A stretch of 64,000 nt of DNA from NCBI GenBank assembly GCA_965140445.1, contig OZ223236.1:128001-192000 (forward strand). The letters are read 5' to 3'. Below the pieces are notes generated by a model, which did not search any database, was not told the DNA's origin, and saw only the letters and a program-made list of their open reading frames with translations. Made by a program: the position numbers and the translations under genes. Of this stretch, positions 28,313-38,800 are shown one piece after another (the first letter of the stretch is position 1; each line of letters begins with the position of its first letter). The DNA is from Candidatus Ozemobacteraceae bacterium (lineage in GTDB: Bacteria > Muiribacteriota > Ozemobacteria > Ozemobacterales > Ozemobacteraceae).

Positions 28313-29488
28313 TTGAAAGACATTAGCGCTCATATGACCGAAGAAAAAAATAAAATCAAAATAGCCTTAATAGCTTCGCCGGTTGGATTTAAAGGTGGTA
28401 CATTCAGACATCTGCTGAACTGGTGCCGCTTTTTTGATCAAAGAAAAATAGAAATAGCGCTTTTTTGTAGCTGGGCAAGCGAAGAAGACAAGGCTCAAGC
28501 TGATAGCTTTTTTAAAGAAATAGAGGGAATACAGTATTTCTCAAATAACTGGCTTCATCCCATATCAAACTGGCTAAAATTCGGAATATCAGAAATTTCT
28601 AATGCGTTAAACCATTTTAAGCCAGACGTAATTCATACTATTTTTATCCAACCCGACATCTTAATGTCTATTCTTTCGGCCAGAATCGGGTCACCAGCAC
28701 ACGTAAGTTCGTGGGAAGGAGCTTTGGTCGGGAAAAAGTTTCACAGCAAGCTTGGGCAAGCTCTTTATTCAATTGCCTATAAATTTATGCAGAACAAAAT
28801 TTCAGCTGTTATTTCAATCTCAGATGCCACTGCAAAAGAAAACTGCGTTGATTATGACGTACCAATAAGTAAAGTTAAGACAATACATAGCGGATTGGAT
28901 CTCAGTAAATTTGGTAACATTAAATCCGAATTCTCTGAAGCTCCAGTTGTTGGTTTAGTTAGCAGACTAACTGCAGAAAAAGAAGTTGAACTTTTTGTTC
29001 GCGCCATCCCGGAAGTTTTACAAACGCATCCAAATACCAGATTTGAGATCATTGGTGATGGACCAGACAGAAGCAAGCTTGAAAGCCTTGCAAAAGAGCT
29101 GGAGTTAACCTCAAATCTAACATTTAAAGGCTGGTGTCAAAACGTTTCAGAGGTTTTACCAACTTTAGATATATTTGTTTTTACGTCAAGCGGAGAGGGT
29201 CTTCCCTGGTGCATCCTGGAGGCCCAGGCCAGTGGTGTCCCATTAATCGCTTCTTCTGTTGGTGGAATCCCTGAAGTAATTACCAACAATTCAAATGGTC
29301 TGCTTGCTGAAACAAATTCACCTGAATGTTTTGCCAGCTGCATAAAAAAACTTTTAAGCAACCCAAAACTTGCAATGGAAATGGCTCAAAATGGCAGAAA
29401 GAAGATTGAAAATCATTTTACTATACAGAGAGAAGTGTCTGACATCACAAACCTGTATCTAAAGCTGATTAATAAAAGTCAGACCTGA
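28313..29488 (+). CDS. Glycosyltransferase family 4
   Basis: SRLTAEK, GDGP, EGLPWCILEAQASGVP (ExxxxxxxE). Confidence 0.92.
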   Translation: MKDISAHMTEEKNKIKIALIASPVGFKGGTFRHLLNWCRFFDQRKIEIALFCSWASEEDKAQADSFFKEIEGIQYFSNNWLHPISNWLKFGISEISNALNHFKPDVIHTIFIQPDILMSILSARIGSPAHVSSWEGALVGKKFHSKLGQALYSIAYKFMQNKISAVISISDATAKENCVDYDVPISKVKTIHSGLDLSKFGNIKSEFSEAPVVGLVSRLTAEKEVELFVRAIPEVLQTHPNTRFEIIGDGPDRSKLESLAKELELTSNLTFKGWCQNVSEVLPTLDIFVFTSSGEGLPWCILEAQASGVPLIASSVGGIPEVITNNSNGLLAETNSPECFASCIKKLLSNPKLAMEMAQNGRKKIENHFTIQREVSDITNLYLKLINKSQT

Positions 29489-29507
29489 TTTTCCCCGGTT
29501 AAAAACC

Positions 29508-29783
29508 TCAATTTCCTCTGAGAGATTCGCCCAAAAATTTATCAGCACTATCACCAAGTCTTTCCCGAGCCTTATCAGTCTCTTTGGCAATTCTCTCTAT
29601 TTCAACTTTTAACCGATTGATGTCTTCTTCAACATAATTAATCTGATCAAGCTTCAGTTTCATATCATCAATATATCTTTTCGATTCAGCGATCTGCTCA
29701 TCCACAATTCTGATGTTGTTGAAATTGTTCAAACAAGCAAAAATCACAATAAATAAAGCAATGGCTATTGGGGCAATCTTCAT
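29508..29783 (-). CDS. Small bitopic coiled-coil protein
   Basis: N-terminal TM then heptad-rich helix; ATGA overlap with upstream gene. Confidence 0.65.
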   Translation of the reverse strand: MKIAPIAIALFIVIFACLNNFNNIRIVDEQIAESKRYIDDMKLKLDQINYVEEDINRLKVEIERIAKETDKARERLGDSADKFLGESLRGN

Positions 29784-30052
29784 TCTAATTCCGCCTTTAT
29801 CTTCTTTAAAACTGCTTTTTTATAAGCATCTAGTTTAGATTGCGCCTCTCTCCGTTTAATTGTGAGCGAATCTCTTTCATCCAGGCATCTAGATTTCTTC
29901 TTGAACTCATCTTTCAGTAGAGCTATTTCAGAAGAAATTTTCTCCAGTTCCAGTTTCTTTTTAGCCAGTTCTTTCCTGGCAAACCCCAGTGAAATTGTCG
30001 AAACAATTAAAATAACTGTTAATAAAATTCGCAAAATTTTCTCTCCCACCAT
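29780..30052 (-). CDS. Small bitopic coiled-coil protein
   Basis: N-terminal TM then heptad-rich helix. Confidence 0.65.
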   Translation of the reverse strand: MVGEKILRILLTVILIVSTISLGFARKELAKKKLELEKISSEIALLKDEFKKKSRCLDERDSLTIKRREAQSKLDAYKKAVLKKIKAELE

Positions 30053-30069
30053 GTCACAGATTTAAGTTC

Positions 30070-30960
30070 TCAGGTTTCAAATAGCATGTTTTGCTTAGGA
30101 ATTTCAATTCTCCATTTCTTAACATCTCTGAATGAACAAACCAAATTCCTTTTCCCGCATTCCTGCGTAAACAAGTTTTTTAACTGGCGATAATTCTGAC
30201 ACTGGGCGCTATAGCTATCGCCAAACTCTGCTTCATATTTTTCCCTGACTCCCGGGAAACGTCTATCCAGCTCTCGAAAATAATACTCTCTCTGCTGGTC
30301 TCTCAATGTCATCCCAAAACCCGGAACAATGTATTGTGCTCCATTTTCTGCAGCCAGCTCCACAATCTTTGCAATTTTGTCTTCTGAGTCTTCTATAAAG
30401 GGAAGGATCGGCATCATTGCTACCCCAACGTAAATTCCAGCCATAGCAAGATGCTTCATTGCAGCCAGTCGTCGTGAAGAACAAGGGGCAAATGGTTCTA
30501 TGCTCATACTTAAGTCATCATCTGGAGTCGTTATAGTAAAGGTTACATTTACAAAAGTTCTTGCTGCAATTTTTTTTAGCATATCCAAATCTCTCAAAAT
30601 TAGATCACTTTTGGTATGAACGTGAACGGGAAAACAAAAGTCACTGATAAGTGACAAAGCCATTCTGGTAAAGCCCAAATCCTTTTCTGACAATGTATAG
30701 GGGTCAGACATTGAACCTGTGCCGATTATTCCTTTGATCCTTTTTTTGCCCAACTCTTCTTCGAGTAAATCCAGAGTATTTTCTTTGATAGTTATCGTGT
30801 CAAAATCCTCAATCTGGTAGCAACGACTTCTGGAATCACAGTAGATACAACCGTGCTCGCAACCACGATAAATATTCATTCTATATTTATGGCCGAACCA
30901 ATCTTCCTCTGGATTACATGAAAGTAAAATTTTTCTGGCTTTAGTAGTTCTAATTTCCAT
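30070..30960 (-). CDS. Radical SAM protein, SPL/Rv2578c-like family
   Basis: MNIYRGCEHGCIYC, GSMSDPY, TKSDLILRDLD, EPFAP..RRL. Confidence 0.9.
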   Translation of the reverse strand: MEIRTTKARKILLSCNPEEDWFGHKYRMNIYRGCEHGCIYCDSRSRCYQIEDFDTITIKENTLDLLEEELGKKRIKGIIGTGSMSDPYTLSEKDLGFTRMALSLISDFCFPVHVHTKSDLILRDLDMLKKIAARTFVNVTFTITTPDDDLSMSIEPFAPCSSRRLAAMKHLAMAGIYVGVAMMPILPFIEDSEDKIAKIVELAAENGAQYIVPGFGMTLRDQQREYYFRELDRRFPGVREKYEAEFGDSYSAQCQNYRQLKNLFTQECGKRNLVCSFRDVKKWRIEIPKQNMLFET

Positions 30961-30971
30961 TGGGCTAAATC

Positions 30972-30997
30972 AAAAAAGGGGCTTTGCAGCCCCTTTT
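30972..30997 (-). terminator. Intrinsic terminator after phospholipase D gene
   Basis: AAAAGGGGCT-TTGC-AGCCCCTTTT with U run on the minus strand. Confidence 0.75.
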
Positions 30998-31012
30998 AAA
31001 AACATATCTGGT

Positions 31013-32923
31013 TTATTTTCTTGCAGCGTTTTCAACAAACTTTTCTACACGCTTAAGTATTCTGGCCGCTTCCTGATCATTTTCATGAAGCACCCTGTGT
31101 CTTAAAGCCTCACGAAGGGGCTTTAAGTTTTTGGTAATTGCAAGAACGTATGGATACCATCGCTTTGGTAAAGCTTCGACTCTATCCAGTGACATTTCGG
31201 TCCTTACTAATTCACCATTCTTTACCCCTCTACACAGGAGGTTTTGAATTTTGTTAATTACCATTCTCAAAATATTTGCCTGATTTTTTTTCTGAGTAGA
31301 AGTTAAACTATTTTTCATTTCTTCGAGAGAAATGTGTAGTCTTTCTACGTAATCAAGCAACCTTGAAAAATCTTCGACCTTCTCTGGATCGAAAACCCAA
31401 ATAGTGGGGTTGTTTCTCAAAGGAACAAACTTATTTGGGGAATCTTTGTAAGCAACAGACATCAGCAATGCGTATTTTCCGGCGATCTCAGGAGCTGGTA
31501 CATTTACAAAACGCATAGATACGTGAGAGTTTGCACCACTTCCCTTAAGATTTGCTGACTCAAGAGTATATCCATTATTGGAAAAACGAAGTTTTTCTTT
31601 AGAAGTCGTATCTTTATCGTTTCGAAGAATTGTTACTGTTCCACGATTTAGACCTTCCATCTTCCATCTTGCCGGATACTCAACCCTGATCTTATCAATC
31701 CCTTTTCCGTTGGCGAAAATATGTAGTTCACCCATTGAAATTGGCTCTAATGCAAATGGAAGATCTGCAATCTGCATGAAGGCAGCAGCATCACTAAATT
31801 TTCCAAAAATTGAATCGAATTCCTTCTTAAACATCTGAGCAATCGCTTTAGAATGAATAACCAGAACATTTTCATCATTAGCTTTATTTCCATTAGTGGA
31901 AGCATTCTCAGAGCCAAGAACAACTATTGGATTTTCTCCATCAGGATCAACTACAAAAACCTTGTGATGAAATTTCCCGCGACCAGGAAAAATCTTTACT
32001 GGAATTCCTACTTCAGTTAGATGAGAGAATTCTCCATAGGGTCCCGTGCTTCTATATAGCATTCTGTCGAAAATTCCACGGACCTTTACACCGCTTTTGT
32101 GTTTTTTAATCAAAAGGTCTCTCAGGTCATCTGCTGTGAAAGCAAATTGCATAAAAAAGACTTCTTCTTTTGCATCTGCTATGGCTTGGGCAATCCTTTT
32201 GTTTGGATTGTCTTCTGGAGCAAAATAAACTTCCATGTTAACGCCATCAACGCTTACAACCTGCTTTTTCTTATGCTTTGGTGAAGTTATACCAAATTGG
32301 TGTTTTGAGTACATTTCCAGGAATTCTGCTCGATATATCTTTGCCAATGGAACAGAGGTGACCTGAATAGCATTATTTGGATTTCTATAGCTACAAGTAT
32401 CAGTCAAATTATAGCTACCAGTCCAAACGGTGTTCTTATCTCTTATAGCAAATTTATTGTGCATAAGAGCTGATCTCATGTTGTCTTCAACAACGCTGAT
32501 TCCAGCTTTCTTTATTCTTGCGACAAATGGATTCATTTCCAGTTTATCAAGTTTGGTAGGATCATTTACCGGATGTGGTGTTAAAGCATCGACATCATCC
32601 TGAGTTGCCGGATCCGGCGGAAGGTAATAGTTATTACTGTCTACGACCAATTTCACCTTTACTCCGCGTTTTTTTGCACGAATAAACGCGTCAACAAATG
32701 AATCTAAACGGATTTCAAAGAAAGCGCCTTCAATGCTCTCTTTTGCACCGTCAACAAACTTGATAAATTCATCATCAAGACCAACCTCTGCCGGGGTTGA
32801 GGGGCCAAAACCCATCTTGATATTGGGAGAAACCTGCGTCATTGGTCTTGAGTTTGCCTCGGTTAGACCAACGCAGAATATTAAAGCAACAGATAATGCA
32901 TATATATATTTTCGCATTTTCAT
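31013..32923 (-). CDS. Exported phospholipase D/nuclease family protein with C-terminal extension
   Basis: Two HKD motifs (HNKFAIRD...GSYN, HHKVFVVD...GSEN); signal peptide. Confidence 0.9.
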   Translation of the reverse strand: MKMRKYIYALSVALIFCVGLTEANSRPMTQVSPNIKMGFGPSTPAEVGLDDEFIKFVDGAKESIEGAFFEIRLDSFVDAFIRAKKRGVKVKLVVDSNNYYLPPDPATQDDVDALTPHPVNDPTKLDKLEMNPFVARIKKAGISVVEDNMRSALMHNKFAIRDKNTVWTGSYNLTDTCSYRNPNNAIQVTSVPLAKIYRAEFLEMYSKHQFGITSPKHKKKQVVSVDGVNMEVYFAPEDNPNKRIAQAIADAKEEVFFMQFAFTADDLRDLLIKKHKSGVKVRGIFDRMLYRSTGPYGEFSHLTEVGIPVKIFPGRGKFHHKVFVVDPDGENPIVVLGSENASTNGNKANDENVLVIHSKAIAQMFKKEFDSIFGKFSDAAAFMQIADLPFALEPISMGELHIFANGKGIDKIRVEYPARWKMEGLNRGTVTILRNDKDTTSKEKLRFSNNGYTLESANLKGSGANSHVSMRFVNVPAPEIAGKYALLMSVAYKDSPNKFVPLRNNPTIWVFDPEKVEDFSRLLDYVERLHISLEEMKNSLTSTQKKNQANILRMVINKIQNLLCRGVKNGELVRTEMSLDRVEALPKRWYPYVLAITKNLKPLREALRHRVLHENDQEAARILKRVEKFVENAARK

Positions 32924-33084
32924 TCCTTCGCCTTGCTGTACATAGGTGTAAAGTTAAGTATAATGATGAAACAAAAAGCCGCAAGGATTTGGAACAAAAA
33001 ATCAAAAAAAATTTCAATAAGTCTGACTTTTTCAATTCGTTTATATGAAAAACTAAAGAGTCTTTGCGTTTGTCAGTGACAAAA

Positions 33085-33121
33085 AAAAATGCGCTTTAAA
33101 CTTATTACAAAGCGCATTTTT
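33085..33121 (-). terminator. Intrinsic terminator
   Basis: AAAAATGCGCTTT / AAAGCGCATTTTT inverted repeat just after the 33136 stop. Confidence 0.75.
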
Positions 33122-33135
33122 AAGTTTCCGTTTTT

Positions 33136-35835
33136 TTACTTCTTTTCTTCTTTTTTTCCTGAAGATTTTTCCTCTTCTGGGAAAAGTTTAACGATCATTA
33201 CTATCAAAACAAGAGTAACAAGCAATAAAACAACATAAAGACCAATACCTTTTTCCCCAAAGGCCTCTTTAACTTGATTGGAAACACTTGATCCACCTGC
33301 ATGTGCTTCTACCTCTTTAAGTTGAACAGTTACTGGCTCGTTTTTCAACAGCTGATTTTTTATTAGCGCAATATCGTAGGATGGCTTCGCAGCACCAGAA
33401 TTTCCGCCATACAAGTAATATTGTCCTGCTGTGTCAGCTTGAAAAAAGATGTCCTGAGCTTTATAAAAAGCAACTGCGCCTGAAAATTCAATTGGACTAT
33501 TATCTCCATGAGGTACAACCGCCTGAAGCTCAGTTTCGCCTTCTGGCAAATTATACAAATTAATTGAGAAAACAGCTTTACCATTAGTCTTACTTTGAAA
33601 GCCCTCTTTCTTCCAGCTCTTCCATCCAAGTTTGCCTGGTTGTCGGAGTTTAATTTCAACTGTTCTCTGGAAGATTCCTGATGTGATCAGGTCAATTCTT
33701 TGCCATTTATTTGAGGCTCTGGGAAGCTTAAGAGAAACATAAGTAGTATTCTCACTTTTAACATACTCAGGTTTAGCTTCGATTTCTAAGGATCGGATCT
33801 CAGTGCTTCCAGCAAAAAATGGAACCTGGAAGTCATCCTTCACAATTCTAAATCCATCAGGATTATTATCCAGAGCCGCATCCTTGTTGAGTTTTAATCG
33901 AACCAATCCACCCTTTTCAAGTTCAAAAAGCGCTTTCCATTTATATCCGACCTCATTAAATGGTGCTCCCCTGATAGCACCTTCAGTTTTTATCCCTGTT
34001 ACATCAGCAGCAGACTGAAAGGCTTTAATATTGCCTGGATAGACTTTTGTAGGAGTAAGCTCATCAAAATACTGCTGAATTATCCCTAAGTCATATTTTG
34101 GCTTTCTGGAAGATGGATTGCCACCATAGAGACTATAGGAACCAGATTTTTGTGCGACAAAAAACATGTTTCGAGTGGAATAATAGCCTACGATTTCTTC
34201 GATTTCTAACGGCTGATTGCTGCCATTATTATAAACAATCCTAAAGTCGTTCTGGTCGCCAGGGAATCCGGCAAGGCTTACATATATTTTAGTTTCTCCG
34301 CTTTCACTATTTTTTGCAGAAAAAGTTCTCCAGGTCTGCCACCCGACCATTCCTGCCTGATGCTTTTCAATAGTTAGCTTGCGCTCAAATACTCCTCTTG
34401 CTTTAAGGAATAGAAATGCGGGTCTATTTTCTCCATCAGGTATTTTAGCATTCAAAGTGGAAGTGTTGGTCTGATTGTCATATTCTCTATCAAAAGCGAT
34501 TTTGATTTCTTTCAGTTCTTTCTGATCAAGAAAAAATGGGACCTGCATTCCATCTTTAACAATTCTAAAACCCTCAGAATCTCCAGATAGAATTGCTTTT
34601 TCATTCATACATAGCTTATAAAAGCCAGGATTTTTTATTTCCACTGGTGCCACCCAGGTAAAGCCATTTTCCTGAAATGGCCCCCCGCCAGGTTGCTGAT
34701 TTAAAGCAACAAAAGCCTCTCCCTGTTGTGAGTTTGTTTCAAATCCTGAAAAAACTTCAACATTAGCATACTGGTCTTTAAGTAGCTTTGGTCGCTGAGC
34801 AATTTCGGCTTTTTTATTTGCTCCGGTTAATAATTCGTAAGTTCCAGCTTGGTCTGCTACAAAACGTAATCTTGGCAATCTCAGATTTAATTTTACGGCA
34901 ACAATATCGCCAAAATAATTATTAGAAGACATTCTTATCGGAAGAAGCTGGTCTTGCCAGCATCGGTTTAGCTGTATTCTAAATCTTTGGGGATTATCCG
35001 CATCAGGTTTGGAATTTCCATTCAGAATTCCTTCAAAATGTCTCTCTCCAAGCTTAATTACTTCTCGGCCGACAGTCCATGTTCCTTCAAACAAAGCACC
35101 TGTAGTAACATCAACAGATTCAATCCAAATTCCTGACCCGGGAAGATTTACTCCCAATTCCAGCTTTTCATCTCTTAAATTTGTTTCAAAATCTGCGTTT
35201 ATTGAAACTCTCTCGAAGTCTTTTCCTGGGACTCCTGCCACTACAAATACTTTTTTTACAAAAACAGGAGCTGAAGAAAATGAAGAATCATACCCACTAA
35301 AGTATAATCTCAACCGGGAAAACTTTGCAGCAGGAGCCAAATGAATCAAAGCTTCTCCGCCAATTTGAACGGGCTGAATTGCCACATTTTTTTCAATTGT
35401 TTTCCACTGATTGTCTGCAAAAACTTCAAAATCTACTTTACCAACAAGGCCGGCAACCGTAGTTCTAATTTGTGAGACAGCTAAATCGCCACTGATTTGC
35501 CCTTCCCACATCAAGCGCTTATCATCCAGCAGCTTTACCTGGGAAGAGTTTAAGCTAATTTCCTGAGCATCCGCCCCCTCTCGCCAGAAAAGCTCAAAAG
35601 CCCTGGGATTTTTATCCGGTGCAACCAGATTTAAATCCAGATCGATTCCATTTCCTTCGAACCTATCCGGAAGTAAACGGTGCATTTGTGCCGGGAGAAC
35701 AAGTTCTACAGTTCCAGTGCTGTTTACTGCTACAGCCCCTCTTTTTATCCAGTAGTCCGCTGCCTGAATGGAATTAGCAAAGATCAAAAGAAGCAACACA
35801 AGCAGCCAAAGTTTTTTGCTCTTATTTTCAGACAT
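33136..35835 (-). CDS. DUF3999-like exported, C-terminally anchored protein with internal repeats
   Basis: Signal peptide; repeated FRIVKD..QVPFF and Y.LYGGN....P.YD modules; C-terminal TM; directly downstream of DUF2339. Confidence 0.7.
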   Translation of the reverse strand: MSENKSKKLWLLVLLLLIFANSIQAADYWIKRGAVAVNSTGTVELVLPAQMHRLLPDRFEGNGIDLDLNLVAPDKNPRAFELFWREGADAQEISLNSSQVKLLDDKRLMWEGQISGDLAVSQIRTTVAGLVGKVDFEVFADNQWKTIEKNVAIQPVQIGGEALIHLAPAAKFSRLRLYFSGYDSSFSSAPVFVKKVFVVAGVPGKDFERVSINADFETNLRDEKLELGVNLPGSGIWIESVDVTTGALFEGTWTVGREVIKLGERHFEGILNGNSKPDADNPQRFRIQLNRCWQDQLLPIRMSSNNYFGDIVAVKLNLRLPRLRFVADQAGTYELLTGANKKAEIAQRPKLLKDQYANVEVFSGFETNSQQGEAFVALNQQPGGGPFQENGFTWVAPVEIKNPGFYKLCMNEKAILSGDSEGFRIVKDGMQVPFFLDQKELKEIKIAFDREYDNQTNTSTLNAKIPDGENRPAFLFLKARGVFERKLTIEKHQAGMVGWQTWRTFSAKNSESGETKIYVSLAGFPGDQNDFRIVYNNGSNQPLEIEEIVGYYSTRNMFFVAQKSGSYSLYGGNPSSRKPKYDLGIIQQYFDELTPTKVYPGNIKAFQSAADVTGIKTEGAIRGAPFNEVGYKWKALFELEKGGLVRLKLNKDAALDNNPDGFRIVKDDFQVPFFAGSTEIRSLEIEAKPEYVKSENTTYVSLKLPRASNKWQRIDLITSGIFQRTVEIKLRQPGKLGWKSWKKEGFQSKTNGKAVFSINLYNLPEGETELQAVVPHGDNSPIEFSGAVAFYKAQDIFFQADTAGQYYLYGGNSGAAKPSYDIALIKNQLLKNEPVTVQLKEVEAHAGGSSVSNQVKEAFGEKGIGLYVVLLLVTLVLIVMIVKLFPEEEKSSGKKEEKK

Positions 35836-35836
35836 A

Positions 35837-38800
35837 TTAATTTTCTCCAGTTTTTGTCAGGAATCTCTGGTAGAGGTAGGAAACAAGCATCAAAACTATT
35901 GCCAGTCCGACAAAGGAGGCAACTCTATACAGCTGACCTAGCGACCAGAGATCCTTAAAGAATATTTTACAAGAAGTTACTATTATGAGTATTAAAGCAG
36001 CTTGTCTGGCTCTAACAACTTTCCAGCGAATTCCTGAAGCCAACATTGCAATAGCGTAGATTAGCCAACCAAGGCTATATCCCAACTGATGGGACAGGTC
36101 TCCATGGGTAAGAAGGCTAAAGCTTTGCCCTTTTTGCCCAAAAACGCTGGCAATTTCAATATTCATAATTGCAAAAGTCATCAGAGAAAGAATTAACGCC
36201 CAAAAAGAGTTCTGTTTAAATGAATCAACCGGCCAGGTATCATCTTCCTTCCTTTTAGTCATCCAGATCAAAACCCCAATACAAACTATGAACAAAGCGG
36301 TTGGTTTATTTAGAATCGGGGACATAGCACCAAACTCAGCACTGAACTTGAATGGAAACAAAACCACCCTCATAAATGCCAGCATTACAAGGATTAATCC
36401 ACCAAGTCTAAATGGTTTATCCAGTCTTTTTGGCCAGAGGAGCATAGCGAGCCCATAAATAATCCAGCCGAAAATTGATGCAACAGCCATATTGGCAGTT
36501 TTTTCTCTGAATAACTCAAGAGGCATACCCGCCTGGAACAAAGTTGATTTAACAAGTTTTAAACATAACAAACCAGTCAGCAAAAGAATGGCCAGAAAGA
36601 CATTCTTCAAAGTTAAATGCTTTTCCTGCCATGGTTCTTTCAAAAACAGAAACAACAAAACTCCCATAATTGGAAGATAGGCAAGTAAGCCAAGGTTGAA
36701 AACAGGTCCCATCTTAGCAACTTCATGTCCATGAAGGAACGGGAACATTAACAACCAAGCTGAGGATATAAACACCAGAGCAACTCCAACCCACCTCATT
36801 ACAGTCGAAGCTCTCTCTGTTCTCCACAAAACGGCTCCAAAAATAGCCCAAAGAGTAGTATAAGCCATGTATTGCAACAGGTTGCCGTTTGGCAGAAAAT
36901 TTAATGAATTTGCAGTTTGCACTTTGGATCCGGCAAAAATATCGGCAACAATAAGGTTTACCAGATAAAAGCCAGCACCAACTGCCAGCCATTGAAAAAC
37001 TTTGTAAATATTGACTGCGCCAATTCTTTCATCCGGGTAAGGAGACAGCTTAGCAGCCAAGGCAAGGGCAGCAACCGCCAGAGTCATAGACAAAACAGCA
37101 GGATTCAAAACAACAATGCTATCTGGTCCCTTCATTTGCCCCATAAATGAAATTAAATAAAACAGGCCAATTGGAGACATGAAAAGGGAAACCCATCGAA
37201 GGCCCGGGTGTTCAATCCTTCTATTTAACCAAAGTAAAGCCGTACCTTCAAGGACGAGCACAAGGCCCAGCCAGCCTTTTTCCAGCAGCAGCAGCGGAAC
37301 AGAGGAAGCGTAAAACAACAAAACACCACCATGACAGGCTATAATACTGTTTCTTTCTTCGGTTCCTTCTAATTTTTTAAGTAGTGTTGCTACAATTGGC
37401 ATTTTGATCAAAACCAAAACTAATGGCAACCAGCCTGAAATTTCTCTAGGCCAGATATGATCTGCAGCAAATATTAAATAAATTGCCTGAAATGCTTCAA
37501 AAATTGCAAAACCCATCCATAGCTTGCGCCACTTCTTTAAATCAGAGAAAAAGGCAAAGGGAACGGCTAAAGCAATTACAAAGAAAGCAGTTGCCCATGC
37601 CAGAGCAGACAAGTGAAGAGTCTGTGTAAGACCTGCTTTGAGCATCCAGAAACCCTGGGAAAAAACAGCAGAAAAAATGGTAACAACTCCCATGTTCTGA
37701 TAGCCAAGTTTTTTGGTTAAGACCAGAGCTATTGCGGCAAAACATGCGATAGTAAGCATCCCTGGATGCGGATTAAGCGGGGCTACCTTGAGGAAGGTTG
37801 CAGCAATCAAAAGAAAAATTCCGGAAATAGGCGCTGCCGCCATCCACTGAGTAAGACTATCAGAATCCTTTAATTCCTTATCAGGTTTAGGAATTCCAAG
37901 ACTCTGAGCTATATCTGCTCCTTTGTGGAGCAAATAGAATACTGCCAAACAAATTAGCGCACCGGATAAAAGAATAAAACCAAAAAAGATTGGGCCTAAC
38001 ACTATTGCCGTTGCGGAATTAATCCAGGTTAATCCGCAGATAAGCATTATTAAGGCAAGAATTCCAACCTGAAAAATGGCTCCAAAAAGAAGGCTCAGAA
38101 TTATACCGACTATTTGGATTCCCATTGTCATTGGCCAGAAAAGGAAGGAAGCCTGTGGATTTACAATTATTGCAATCAAGCCAAGAATTCCCATTGCTAC
38201 GGGGAAAACCTTAAACCACTTTAAATAGTAATCGTTGATTCCATGATGGCGAATTACCCAAAGAGGTCCTACTCCAGCTGCAAGGCCATAAATAAAATAT
38301 AGCAGGAAAGCCCAATTATCGATTTGACCGTTAAATCTGGTAAGTGTCCAAAAGATTGCCACAGCAAAGGTTATTGTTGAAAATGACAGCAAACTACCTT
38401 GATATGGCGCATTTCTGATAGCCAAAACCGTAGCACAAACAACTGAGACAGTCAGCATTAATAATGGTTTGCTTCCTGAGAAAGTAACTGTAACCCAAAC
38501 AGACATTATTGCCATCATCAAAAAGGAAGAGCTAGCGGTCCAGGCGGCGGATCTGCTTGTTGCTGGCTGAAATTTTAACCGATCAATAAAAATCGTAAAT
38601 AAAATCAAATTGGCCGACCAGGCTATTGCAATCTGCCCGACTCCAGGGTCAGGATTGGAAAGCAAAGTCGCCGCGAAAAGAGAAACCATCGTTCCGATAT
38701 TCCCAAAAAGCAGCAGAGGAGAAGATGACAATCTTTTTATAACCTGATACAACCCAATATTAACGATTGCAAGATAGATAAATAGCGTGACAAGGTTTCC

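Noticed and set aside
30070..32923. PLD plus radical SAM as an anti-phage defence system
   Set aside because: The PLD has a signal peptide, a terminator separates the genes, and no helicase, methylase or other defence partner is nearby
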